DNA of 63,106 bases, the filler included, from Candidatus Eiseniibacteriota bacterium (GTDB taxonomy: Bacteria > Orphanbacterota > Orphanbacteria > Orphanbacterales > Orphanbacteraceae): the NCBI GenBank assembly GCA_043809585.1. It is 9 parts of 8 records of this genome, joined end to end, with 100 filler letters (N's around TTAATTAATTAA, not from the genome) between each part and the next. Parts side by side here need not be neighbours in the genome. Positions count along the whole stretch, not along the records: positions 3,862 to 17,276 come from JBDROZ010000008.1; positions 17,377 to 27,689 come from JBDROZ010000009.1; 7 more parts are not named here. One strand, written 5' to 3'. The position numbers and the translations under genes were made by a program. This document shows, in pieces, positions 10,484-20,714 of this stretch. The notes beneath the pieces were generated by a model. The model did no database searches and was not told the DNA's origin. It saw only the letters and a list, made by a program, of their open reading frames with translations. Each line of letters starts with the position of its first letter. The stretch's first letter is position 1.

Positions 10484-13172
10484 CTACTTCTGACCGGATG
10501 CCTTCGACGTGTCGGGAGCGGTCTTCTTCTTCGATCCCCCACCGAGAAGCCCTTCCAGCGAAGGCGTCTTCCCGCCGAGAAGGTCGCCGATCGCCTTCTG
10601 GACGTTCTCGTCTTTTTGGATGTCGTCGATCACCTTGTCCAGGCCTTCGATGCCGGCCCGCGAGGCGGTCTTCGACGCGTCGAGGGTGATCGCGGGCCGG
10701 TCCGTCGTCCCGCCGACCTTCACGTCGAGCACGACCCGCCCGCTCGGGTCGGTGAACAGGCTCGTCAGGGCCGACTTCTTCCGGTACGCCGCGGAATTCG
10801 CCTCGGAAAGGGTGATGGTCAGGGCGTAGTCGAGGGTCCCGTCGAAACCGACCGACCCGGCCGCGTTCCAATCGGCGTTCTTCCCTCGGACCAAGAGATC
10901 GTCGAAGCGGACCCGCCCCTTGTCTACGGCGAACTTGGACCAGAACTCCCGGAACTCGATCTGCCCCATTTCCTTCATGCCGAGGAGGTCGGCCGCCCGG
11001 TCCAGGGCGGTCAGATTGCGGATCCGGCCTTCCGCGGCCTTCATGGTCCCGTTGGCGGAGAGGCTCGCGAGAAGCTCCTTCTCCGTCAGTCCCCGCCCCT
11101 CCCAGGCCGACTCGAGACGGAACCTCCCGTAGAGAATGTCCTTCGCGGGCGTCAGATTCGTCAGGAAGTCGTTCGCTTCCACGTTCTCCGCGCGGGCGGC
11201 GAAGCGGTAGGTCGCGCCTCCCGGCTCGTTCAGCCTGACCGAGGCGTCCCCCGCCACGGTCCCCTCCCACACGTTCGCGGTGACGCCGTCCAGGTTCACC
11301 ACCCCCTCGGGCGTCAGTGCGATCTTCCCGCGGATCGACGTGAGGGGCACCCGGTAGGCGAGGGCCTCCTTCGCCGTGAGATCGCCGGACAGGGTCCCCC
11401 CTTCCACGCGGAGGTCGCCGACCGCTTCCTTCACGGCAACACCGCCGAAGAGCCCCCGGGCCATCCGGATCCGAATCGTCCCCTCACCGTTCTTGACGTC
11501 GAGGGTCGCTTCCGCCCCCGTCAGAACGTTGACGCCGGTGATCACCGTGTCCGCCTTCACCGTCGCCGCGAGGGTAATCGGCGGGAGCGGGGGAAGCACG
11601 ATGGGGGGCGGATCGGCGGCCGTCCCCGGAGAGGGGCTTCCTCCCTCACCCTCGGGCGCGGAGGGGAGGAAGGCGTTGAAATCGATCTTCCGCGTCACCA
11701 GATTCGCGGTCGCCCGGAGATCGCCGAGGGGGTCGGTCACCTTGCCGGTCAGTGTGGTGGGCGAGCCGTTCAGATCGAACCGGAGGTTCTTGATCTCGGC
11801 GGAGCGCCCCGAGAGGGCGATCTCCCCCGACGCGTTCGCCGCCTCCACGGGGGGATCGGCCAGGGCAAGCCGGGCGGTGACGATCTTCACGGAACCATCG
11901 AGACCCACACCGTTCGGATCGGCGACGCGACCCCGGGCGCGGACGTCCGCGCTGAGCCCGCCGGAGAGCGTGGTCCCTTCCGGAAGAAGCCCGGCCCGGC
12001 CGAGGGCGGCGAGGTCGAGATCGGCCTTCACCGCGAGATCCACCGCGGGATCGGCGAAACTCTCGACCGATCCGTTCACACGGAAAGGCCTGCCCCCGAT
12101 CGACCCCGCGATCTCTTCGAGGCGGACCGCCGATTCCGTCGCCTCGATCCGCCCTTTCAGGCCGGTGATCGACTCGGAGAACTTCTTGTTCCGGACGTCG
12201 ATCCCGCCGAGCCGGGCGGCCACGCGGAACGTCGGAGGCCCCCCGGGGGCGACGTGAAGCTCCCCCTCGACGGAAAGGGGCCCGGACCCCTCGAAGTCGG
12301 AGGCCCCTTTCGCCGCCGTTTCGGCCGGGAGGAGGGAGAGGAGATCGGCCAGCTCGACCCTCTCCGTCGCGAGGGTGAGGGAGGCCCGGAGCGAGTCGGG
12401 AATCCCGATCGCCTCCCCCCCGGAGATCGACGGCGAGACGGGCGAGAGTGAACCGGAGGCTCCGGATCTCGGCGGCACCCGCTCCGGGGTCGTAGCGGAG
12501 ATCGTAGTCGATCGCGAGGTCCCGGAAGCCCTCGCCGAAACCGAGGGACCGGACCGACGGCCCGGCCAGGCTTCCGATCCAGACCCCTCCCTCGGCGGCG
12601 ACCCTTCCGTCCCGTTCGAGCCCGAGGGATGTCTTGGCATCCAAGCCGCCGAGTTCATAGGCGGCGCCGGCCGCCCGGTCGATGTACGTCACGGTGGCGT
12701 TCTCCACCTCCGCCGACGAGAGGAGGAGGGCGAAGGAGGCGCCCCCCTTTTTCGCCTCGCCGGGGGCGGTCTCCGCGGGCACCGGACCGGTCTCCCCTTC
12801 CCCTTCCGGCGACGGGGGCCTCTCCACTTGGACCAGGTGGATCACCGGGTCCCGCAGGAAGACACGGGCCATTTCGACCCGGCGGGAGAGGAGGGGGAGG
12901 ATCTTGACCGATACCGTTCCTTCCGGGAGTTCGAGGAGGGGGGGTTCCCCCTCGACCGGATTGCCGACGACCAGGCCCGCGACGGAAGCGCCGAGGGGAT
13001 AGATGGAGACCTTCGCCTCTTCCACCGTGACCGGAGCGCCGACCGCCTCGGACACCTTCTCGATGATGAGGGCCCGCACCTTCTCGGGCGGATAGAGGAG
13101 CCGCGCCGTCACGACGGCGGCGACAACGACAACGATGACCGAGACGGCGACGACGGCGATCCACTTGCGCAT
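10484..13172 (-). pseudogene. AsmA-like protein split by a +1 frameshift in a G7 run (12415-12421)
   Basis: N-terminal AsmA domain (TM anchor, VSVKILPLLSRRVEM) is in one frame and the AsmA_2-like C-terminus (GSVGFDGTLDY) in another; removing one G gives continuous LAVDLRGEAIGIPD. Confidence 0.75.
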
Positions 13173-13360
13173 GATTCGATCTCCCCGGAGTTCCTGTTTT
13201 GGACGGACTCTCCCTAATTCAACACCGAAAGGGCGTTTGTGCATCAGAAAAAATGAGGAGGGGGAGAATTCGGGGGAGGGAGCCGAAGTTCAAGTTCCTT
13301 TGAAATCCTCTTCTGCACCCTGGAATGATCGTGTTGGTCGGCGATATCCGTCCGGAGGGA

Positions 13361-13531
13361 GGCGGGACGGTGGTCCGGCTCCGGGAGGGATGCGGGTTAG
13401 ACTAGGACGCTCGTCGTGCTGCGGGAGCAAACCCTCCCATTCTCCGGCCTCGTAGACGAGGCGCTCAGGAAGGCGGCAACAGCTGCCCGGTTATGACCCG
13501 ATCCCTCCCGGAGCCGGACCACCGACCCGCC
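13361..13531 (+). ncRNA. Putative structured non-coding element, copy 2 (family unknown)
   Basis: Perfect 24-bp inverted repeat 13368-13391/13501-13524 enclosing the same conserved core as 4061-4236. Confidence 0.5.
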
Positions 13532-13680
13532 GGTGATCGTGGCCGGCCGGAGGCCTGTCCTCCGTAGGACCGAAGGTTCGTATCGAAGGGCTCGGAGTGT
13601 ATCTGTCTCCCTCTCATTCCAAAGCGATGAACTCGGTATGATCCCGTGTGTTATCCTGAATCCGAAAGGAGGAACGCGCC

Positions 13681-13983
13681 ATGCCGACATTCGTTCTCAT
13701 GACCCGCCTCTCCCCCGAAGCTCTCAAGAACGCGGAGGGCCGCCGCGCCATGGGCAAGGAGTGGCTGCAGAAGGTGAAGGGCTCCTGTCCGGACGTGAAG
13801 TGGATCGCCCATTACGCCCTGCTGGGGCCCTACGACTTCATGGACATCTATGAGGCGTCCGACTTGGAGACGGCCCACAAGGTCTCCCTCATCTCCCGAA
13901 GCGAGGGGGCCCTCACCGCCGAGAGCTGGGAGGCGATGGGGTACGACCGTTTCCTGGAGCTCATGGAGCAGGTGGACGGTTGA
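13681..13983 (+). CDS. GYD domain protein
   Basis: MPTFVLMTRL..YALLGPYDF..YEA pattern; AGGAGG RBS. Confidence 0.85.
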   Translation: MPTFVLMTRLSPEALKNAEGRRAMGKEWLQKVKGSCPDVKWIAHYALLGPYDFMDIYEASDLETAHKVSLISRSEGALTAESWEAMGYDRFLELMEQVDG

Positions 13984-14504
13984 GCGGAGACGCCCCGGCG
14001 GCCGATTTCGGGCGGGCCCTCGTCGCCGAGACGAAGCGGCGCCTCCTGGGCGAGTCGTTTCCCCGGCTCCGGAAGTGCCTCGATCTCCTGGACGACAAGG
14101 CGATCTGGCGACGGCCGAACCCGAGCATGGCGAGCGTGGGCAACCTGACGCTCCACGTCCTCGGGAACGCCCGGCAGTGGTTCGTTTCCGGACTCCTCGG
14201 CGAACCGGACGACCGGGACCGGACCGCGGAGTTCGCCGAGCCGGGCCCCCTGCCGAGAGAGGAGCTCTTCCGGCGGATCGCCGAGACGGAGCGGGAGTGC
14301 CGCCGCGCCCTGGAAGCCGTGGATCCCGGTACGCTCCTCGAGACCCGGCGGGTTCAGGTCTTCGAGGAGAGCGGCCTCTCGGTTCTCGTCCACGTGGTCG
14401 AGCACTTCTCCTATCATGTCGGGCAGATCGCCCGGGCGACGAAGGCGAAAGAGAACGTGGACCTCGAGTTTTACGGCGGCATCGACCTGGAAGTCGGGCG
14501 CTGA
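13980..14504 (+). CDS. DinB/DUF1572 family protein
   Basis: IWRRPN..SVGNLTLHVLGN..RDRTAEF and HVVEHFSYHVGQI. Confidence 0.85.
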   Translation: MSGDAPAADFGRALVAETKRRLLGESFPRLRKCLDLLDDKAIWRRPNPSMASVGNLTLHVLGNARQWFVSGLLGEPDDRDRTAEFAEPGPLPREELFRRIAETERECRRALEAVDPGTLLETRRVQVFEESGLSVLVHVVEHFSYHVGQIARATKAKENVDLEFYGGIDLEVGR

Positions 14505-14525
14505 CGGCCGCCCGGGAGGAGAGCA

Positions 14526-14948
14526 TTGAAATCGACGACCGAACGGCTGACCTTTCACGTGCCGGAGCGGATGGGCTTCATCAACGTCACGCCCCAGGTG
14601 GAAGCGATCGTCGCGAAGAGCGGCGTCAAGGAAGGCCTCTGCCTCGTGAACGCCATGCACATCACGGCATCGGTGTTCATCAACGACGACGAACCGGGGC
14701 TTCACGAGGACTACAAGAGGTGGCTCGAGGAGCTCGCCCCCTTCGACGCCTCGCCCGCGCGGTACCATCACAACCGGACCGGGGAGGACAACGCCGACGC
14801 CCACCACAAGCGCCAGATCATGGGGCGCGAGGTCGTGGTGGCGATCACCAAAGGGCGCCTCGACTTCGGCCCTTGGGAGCAGATCTTCTACGGCGAGTTC
14901 GACGGCCGGCGGCAGAAGAAGGTGTTGGTGAAGGTGATCGGCGAATAG
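14526..14948 (+). CDS. yjbQ: YjbQ/UPF0047 family protein
   Basis: [42 protein letters not shown]. Confidence 0.9.
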   Translation: MKSTTERLTFHVPERMGFINVTPQVEAIVAKSGVKEGLCLVNAMHITASVFINDDEPGLHEDYKRWLEELAPFDASPARYHHNRTGEDNADAHHKRQIMGREVVVAITKGRLDFGPWEQIFYGEFDGRRQKKVLVKVIGE

Positions 14949-15094
14949 CCGTGACCGCGGCTCATCCGGAAAACCCGAACAATGGAGTCGAGGGAAGAAG
15001 CCGCTGATCGTCTTCCTGGAAGATGGTCTCGATCTCCGCCTACGCCGCGACCCTCTCCCGATCGTTCCGAGACCTCGCCCCCCGCGGACCTCCC

Positions 15095-15123
15095 TTGACG
15101 CCGCCCCCGGCCTCCGGTACCCT
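15095..15123 (+). promoter_or_regulatory. Sigma70-type promoter for hutH
   Basis: TTGACG-17 bp-TACCCT. Confidence 0.55.
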
Positions 15124-15198
15124 CTTTCCATCGATCGCGCCCGGCGCGACCAACCCGAACTTTCAATTCCGTCTTTGTTCTTTTGTCGGAGGAATATC

Positions 15199-16722
15199 AT
15201 GGCCATAACGGTCCGCGGATCGGGTATGACGATCGAGGAAGTGGTGCGGGTGGCCCGCGGGCGAGAGTCGATCTCCCTGGACGCGGACGCGGTGAAGCGC
15301 ATCGAACGGTGCCGCGCCATGCTCGAAGAGAAGATCCAGGCCCGCGAGATCATGTACGGCGTGAACACGGGGATCGGTGAGCTCTCGGAAGTGGTGCTCT
15401 CCCCCGAGCAGGTGGAGAGCTTCCAGCGCTATCTGATCTACAGCCACACCGCCGGCTGGGGGGAACCGTTCCCGGAGGAAGTGATCCGGGCGGCGATGCT
15501 CTCGCGCACCAACGTCCACGCCCACGGCAATTCGGGCAACCGGCCGATCGTCACCCGGACCCTCGTGGAGATGTTGAACAAGGGCGTGACGCCGGTGGTC
15601 TGCTACAAGGGCTCGGTCGGCGCCTGCGGCGACCTCTCGCCGATGGGACAGATGGCCCTCGTGCTCATCGGTGAGGGGGAGGCGTTCTATAAAGGCAAGC
15701 GGATGCCGGGCAAGGAGGCGATGGACGCGGCGGGCATTCCGACCATCGTCTTCGAAGCGCGGGATGGGCTTGCCGTCATCAACGGCTCGAACGTCACACT
15801 CGGATTCGGCTGCCTCATGATCGACGAGACGGACAAACTGCTCCGGACCGCCGAGATCGCCGCGGCCATGACCCTCGAGGCGCTGAACGCGAACATGAGG
15901 CCTTACGACGAGCGTCTCCACAAGCTGCGCGGATTCCCCGGCGCCGCCGCGAGCGCCCGGAACATCATGAAGGTGGTGGCGGGGGGCGAGTTCTTGACGG
16001 CGAAGACGAAGAAGGTGCAGGACGCCTACTCGATGCGCTCCACGCCCCAGGTGCTCGGCTCGCTCCGGGACGCCATGAAGTACGCGAGGGAGCAGTTCCT
16101 GATCGAGCTGAACGGGGTGGGCGACAACCCGGTGTTCATCCCCGAGGACGACCTGGTCCTGACGGGGGCGAACTTCCAGGGGACGCCGATCGCATTGCCC
16201 CTCGAGCTCCTCACGATCGGGGTCACGACGGTGTGCGTGATGTCGGAGCGGCGGATGAACCGTCTCATGAATCCGGCCCTCAGTGTCGGGCTGCCGGCGT
16301 TTCTGACGGCGAACGCGGGAATGATGTCGGGGCTCATGTTGTCGCAGTACACGGCGGGGGCGCTGATCTGCGAGCAGAGGATCCTCTCCCACCCGGCGGC
16401 GACGGGTTCGATTTCGGCGGCGGCGGACCAGGAGGATTTCGTCAGCATGGGGATGACGACGGCCCACAAGATGCGGACGGTGCTGGACAATGCGTATGGG
16501 GTGCTCGCCATCGAGCTGATCTCGGCGGCCCAGGCGCTCGACTTCCGGGAGGCGAAGTCGGGGCCGGGGGTGAAGGCGGCGTACGACGTGATCCGGAAGC
16601 ATGTGGCCCATCTGCAGGAGGACCGGCCGCTTCATAACGACAACAACCGAATGACGGCGGCGGTGCGGAGCGGGGAGGTGCTGGAGGGGGTGGAAGCGGC
16701 GGTCGGGAGGCTGGAGTCGTAG
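15199..16722 (+). CDS. hutH: Histidine ammonia-lyase (aromatic amino acid lyase family)
   Basis: YGVNTGIG, LIYSH (HAL-type SH pair), GSVGACGDL, GLAVING, VQDAYSMR, GANFQG, QEDFVSMG; GGAGG RBS. Confidence 0.88.
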   Translation: MAITVRGSGMTIEEVVRVARGRESISLDADAVKRIERCRAMLEEKIQAREIMYGVNTGIGELSEVVLSPEQVESFQRYLIYSHTAGWGEPFPEEVIRAAMLSRTNVHAHGNSGNRPIVTRTLVEMLNKGVTPVVCYKGSVGACGDLSPMGQMALVLIGEGEAFYKGKRMPGKEAMDAAGIPTIVFEARDGLAVINGSNVTLGFGCLMIDETDKLLRTAEIAAAMTLEALNANMRPYDERLHKLRGFPGAAASARNIMKVVAGGEFLTAKTKKVQDAYSMRSTPQVLGSLRDAMKYAREQFLIELNGVGDNPVFIPEDDLVLTGANFQGTPIALPLELLTIGVTTVCVMSERRMNRLMNPALSVGLPAFLTANAGMMSGLMLSQYTAGALICEQRILSHPAATGSISAAADQEDFVSMGMTTAHKMRTVLDNAYGVLAIELISAAQALDFREAKSGPGVKAAYDVIRKHVAHLQEDRPLHNDNNRMTAAVRSGEVLEGVEAAVGRLES

Positions 16723-16772
16723 GGGGAAGCGGGGCGGCGGATCTGGGTCCGGGCGACGCGTTGTATCGTATT

Positions 16773-16896
16773 GTCGCCGGATGCTCGAATCCGGCTACGA
16801 GGCTTGCCCGTCCCGTCACTCGCTGGGGAAGCCCGCTTCCGCTGGGCAAACGCTCGTGAGGGACGGGCGGTGCCTCGACCACCAAGCACCGGCGAC
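16773..16896. repeat. Long imperfect intergenic hairpin
   Basis: Nested pairings GTCGCCGG/CCGGCGAC, CGAGGC/GCCTCG, GCCCGTCCC/GGGACGGGC. Confidence 0.55.
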
Positions 16897-17184
16897 GGGA
16901 TTTCGGAAGCGCCGCCCCCCGTTCCCTCCCACCGCAAGAGGAAGAGGATGGCGTCCGCCCATCCGGGTAAGTGGGCTCCTCATCGGTCATACCGCGTTCA
17001 TGGCTTCGGAGTGAGTGGGGGACTGGTTCCGCCCGAGCCTCCGGCTCGGAAGACTTCAGTCTGACCTCAGCGGACCCTGTCCCCCTCAGGACGGGTACCG
17101 CGCGCGAGCACAACCACTCCAAGGTGCAGAGGAGGAGTCCGAGGAAGATAGCCACTTTGGAATAAGCCGATGCATTGCTCAGCC

Positions 17185-17276
17185 GGAAATCCGGGGACAT
17201 GATACGTATTACAGGCAACGGAAGAACAATCCCGGGGACCGAATACCGGTAATAAGTATCATGTCCCCGGATTTCC
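17185..17276. repeat. 28-bp inverted repeat at a contig end (GGGGACA...TGTCCCC type)
   Basis: 17185-17212 matches the reverse complement of 17249-17276 at 27/28 positions. Confidence 0.8.
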
Positions 17277-17376
17277 NNNNNNNNNNNNNNNNNNNNNNNN
17301 NNNNNNNNNNNNNNNNNNNNTTAATTAATTAANNNNNNNNNNNNNNNNNNNNNNNNNNNNNNNNNNNNNNNNNNNN
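17277..17376. other. Artificial contig spacer
   Basis: N44-TTAATTAATTAA-N44. Confidence 0.99.
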
Positions 17377-17517
17377 CACGCCATCTGCGACAGGGCGCGG
17401 CATTCACCAATGCTCACATATCGTTGGATATGCTCTGCTTGGTGAATGCCGCGCGCTGCCGCATCTGACGCACTCTCACGCGTTTGCTCTCGAGATTTTA
17501 TGGAGAATCAAGGTTAA
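17377..17517. repeat. Palindromic element, family A copy 2 (partial)
   Basis: Identical to 27790-27930; 19/20-bp arms CAGGGCGCGGCATTCACCAA/TTGGTGAATGCCGCGCGCTG; terminal TTAA overlaps the RND stop codon. Confidence 0.88.
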
Positions 17518-20500
17518 GCGGAAAACTGCCCCTCCGCTTCCGCTTCACCACCTCCATGCCGGCCGAGGAGTCGGGCCGCGCCTCTCCGGACGTCTTCCAT
17601 GATCTGATATCCCGTGGGAATCAGCACGAGGGTGACGAACGTGGAGAAGACCACGCCGAAGGCGAGGGAGATCGCCATGGGAATCAGGAACTGGGCCTGC
17701 ACGCTCCGCTCGATGATGAGCGGGCTGAGGCCGGCGAAGGTGGTGATCGACGTGAGGATGATCGGCCGGAACCTGAGCTCTCCGGCGAGGCGGATCGCCT
17801 CCCCCACCGGACGGCCCTCCAGGCGCAGGCGGTTCACCTTGTCGACAAGAACGAGGCTGTCGTTCACGACCACGCCGGTGAGCGCCACCATCCCGAACAT
17901 GGAGAGGATGGTCAGGTCCTTCCCCATGAGCAGGTGGCCCCAGATCGCGCCGACCACCCCGAAGGGGATCGCCGCCATCACGAGGGCGGGCTGCCAGTAC
18001 GAGCGGAAGGGGATCGCCATCAGCCCGTAGATGACGAGAAGGGCGACGAGAAAACCGCGGCCGAGACCGGCCATCGACTTCCGCTGCTCCCGCTGGGCCC
18101 CCTCGAAGCTGTAGCTCACGCCGTCGTGGTCCGCCAGAATGCCGGGCAGCACGCCCGATTGAAGATCGGCGAGGATCTCGCCCGCGTTCCCGCGGGCCGG
18201 GTCCACCTCGGCGGTCACCGTCACCGTGCGCCGCCGGTCGACCCGCCGGATGCTCGCGTAACCCCGCCCCTCCTCCACGTCGGCCACCTCGAGGAAGGGG
18301 ACCTCACCCCCCGCGGGGGTGCGGATCCGCATGTTCTCCACGTCCGCGACCGAGCGCCTCTCCTCCCTCGGGTAGCGGACCATGACGCGCACGTCGTCCC
18401 GCCCCCGCTGGATCCGCTGCGCCTCGGCGCCGTAAAAACCGGACCGCACCTGGCCCGCCAGATCGGCGAGGGTGAGGCCGAGGGGTTCCGCGGCGGGGCG
18501 GATGCGGAGCTTCATCTCCCGCTTTCCGGGACGGAAGGAGTCGGAGATGTCGGTCACCCCGGGGTACTCGGCGAGCCGGGCTTTCAGTTCCACCGCCGCC
18601 CCCCGGAGCACGTCCATGTCGAGTCCCGTGAGCTGCACTTCGATGTCCGCCCCCGGAGAGAAGATGGACGACGTGTAGGCAAGCTCGAGAGCGTCGGGGA
18701 TCGGGCCCGTCTCCTCCCGCCACCGCCTCGCGAAATCGGCGCTCGAGAAGCTCCTCTCCTCCGAGCGAGGGAGCTCGACCACGACCTCGCCGAGGTGGGC
18801 GCCCACGTTCGAGGTCTGCCGCCCGCCGGGGCCGCTCCCCTGCTGCCTCGTCTTGAACGGCTGGTCGCCCGTGGAGGAGAGGATATGAAGGATCGCCCGG
18901 TCCTCCCCGTTCTCCTCCTCGATCCGGGCGCCGAGACGCCTCACGGCGCCTTCGATCTCCTCCACCGCGGCGCCGGTCACGGCGACCGGGGTTCCCTGGG
19001 GCATGGTGATCTGGGCGGCGACGTAGTCGGCGTCGACCCGGGGGAAGAAGACGAAGTGGATGTGACCGCCGGCGACGAGGCCGACCGTGACGATGAGCGT
19101 CATCAATCCCCAAGCGACCGTGAAGTAGCGCCACCGGAGCCCGAAGTCGAGGGAAGGGCGGTACGCCTTCTCGATGAACCGCTGCAGGAGCTCGGCGAAG
19201 CCCTTCTGGGCGCGGCGCCACCCCCCGGACATCCCCGCCGGGACGGCGGCCCGCCTCTTCTTGTGCGAGAGGTGGCGCGGCAGGATGAAGAGCGACTCGA
19301 CGAGGGAGATGAGGAGGACGGGGACGACGATGAGGGGAATCACGCCCATCACCTTGCCGATCGAACCCCCCACCGCGAGGAGGGGCGCGAAGGCGGCGAC
19401 GGTGGTGAGCACCGCGAAGATCACGGGCGTGGCCACTTCCTGGGCGCCGGAGACGGCGGCCTTCATCGGGTCGTCCTCCCGCTCCTGGTGGCTGAAAATG
19501 TTCTCGCCCACCACGATCGCGTCGTCCACCACGATGCCGAGCACGATGATGAACGCGAAGAGGGAGATCAGGTTGATCGAGACGTCCATGGCCGGCAGGA
19601 GCATGAACGCCCCGAGGAAGCTGATCGGGATGCCGAGGCTCACCCAGAAGGCGAGACGGAACCGGAGGAAGAGGGCGAGGGCCGCGAAGACGAGAAGGAA
19701 CCCGTTCCGGCCGTTACGGAGGAGGAGGCTCAGCCGGTCCCTGAGGACGATGCTGTTGTTCTGCCAGACCGTCACGGAGATCCCCTCGGGCAGGTTGTCC
19801 CCGGACCGCTTCACGTACTCGTTCACTTTCCTGGAGATGTCGAGCACGCTCTGATCGCCGACCCGGAAGACCTGGAGAAGCACCGCCGGCTTCCCGTCGA
19901 ATAGGGAGGTCTGGTCCGTGTCCTCGAATCCGTCGACCACGGTCGCCACGTCGCCGACGAGGAGGCGGGTGCCGTCGGGGCGTGTCATCACCACCAGATC
20001 CTCGAACTCGGCCCCCCGGTACGCCTGGCCTTTCGTGCGGAGGAGGATTTCTCCCCCCTCCGCCTTGACCGAACCGCCGGGCATGTCGAGGGAGGACCGT
20101 CTCATGGCGCGGGCCACGTCGTCGAAGGTGATGCCGTACCGGCGGAGCGCCTCTTCCGAGACCTCGACGGAGATCTCGTAAGGCCGCACGGCGTAGAGGT
20201 CGACGAGGGTGATCCCTTCGATTCCGAGGATCTCGTCACGGATGCGCTCGCCCAACTCCTTCAGGACCGCCTCGTCCGTCTCCCCCGAAAGGGCCACCGA
20301 GAGGACCTCGCGGCGGCGGACCACCTCCTGGACGATCGGCTTCTCCGTCTCCACGGGGAAGGTGTCGATCGCGTCGACCCGGGTCTTGATATCGTTGTAG
20401 AGACGGCTCGGGTCCGCCCCCGAGGCGAGCTCCACGGTCACGGCCCCCAGACCCTCGGCGGCCACGGAGGTGAGACGCTCGATGCCGTCGAGGCCCTGCA

Positions 20501-20714
20501 GTTGCTCTTCGATCCGGACGCAGACCCCCTCCTCCACTTCCGACGGCGCCGCCCCCCGGTAGACCACCGAGATCGTGACGATGTCGAGAGAGAACTCGGG
20601 GAAGGTCTCCTGCTTGATGCGGGTCATCGTGAGAAGACCGGACCCGATGATGGTGATCACGAGGAGGTTCGCCGCCACGGGATGGCGGGCGAACCATTCG
20701 ATGGCCCGGTTCAC
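17514..20714 (-). CDS. RND efflux transporter permease (AcrB family)
   Basis: 1066 aa; LGIVVDDAIVVGENI, GVVVNDSLVLV, RFRPIILTSITT. Confidence 0.95.
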   Translation of the reverse strand: MNRAIEWFARHPVAANLLVITIIGSGLLTMTRIKQETFPEFSLDIVTISVVYRGAAPSEVEEGVCVRIEEQLQGLDGIERLTSVAAEGLGAVTVELASGADPSRLYNDIKTRVDAIDTFPVETEKPIVQEVVRRREVLSVALSGETDEAVLKELGERIRDEILGIEGITLVDLYAVRPYEISVEVSEEALRRYGITFDDVARAMRRSSLDMPGGSVKAEGGEILLRTKGQAYRGAEFEDLVVMTRPDGTRLLVGDVATVVDGFEDTDQTSLFDGKPAVLLQVFRVGDQSVLDISRKVNEYVKRSGDNLPEGISVTVWQNNSIVLRDRLSLLLRNGRNGFLLVFAALALFLRFRLAFWVSLGIPISFLGAFMLLPAMDVSINLISLFAFIIVLGIVVDDAIVVGENIFSHQEREDDPMKAAVSGAQEVATPVIFAVLTTVAAFAPLLAVGGSIGKVMGVIPLIVVPVLLISLVESLFILPRHLSHKKRRAAVPAGMSGGWRRAQKGFAELLQRFIEKAYRPSLDFGLRWRYFTVAWGLMTLIVTVGLVAGGHIHFVFFPRVDADYVAAQITMPQGTPVAVTGAAVEEIEGAVRRLGARIEEENGEDRAILHILSSTGDQPFKTRQQGSGPGGRQTSNVGAHLGEVVVELPRSEERSFSSADFARRWREETGPIPDALELAYTSSIFSPGADIEVQLTGLDMDVLRGAAVELKARLAEYPGVTDISDSFRPGKREMKLRIRPAAEPLGLTLADLAGQVRSGFYGAEAQRIQRGRDDVRVMVRYPREERRSVADVENMRIRTPAGGEVPFLEVADVEEGRGYASIRRVDRRRTVTVTAEVDPARGNAGEILADLQSGVLPGILADHDGVSYSFEGAQREQRKSMAGLGRGFLVALLVIYGLMAIPFRSYWQPALVMAAIPFGVVGAIWGHLLMGKDLTILSMFGMVALTGVVVNDSLVLVDKVNRLRLEGRPVGEAIRLAGELRFRPIILTSITTFAGLSPLIIERSVQAQFLIPMAISLAFGVVFSTFVTLVLIPTGYQIMEDVRRGAARLLGRHGGGEAEAEGQFSA

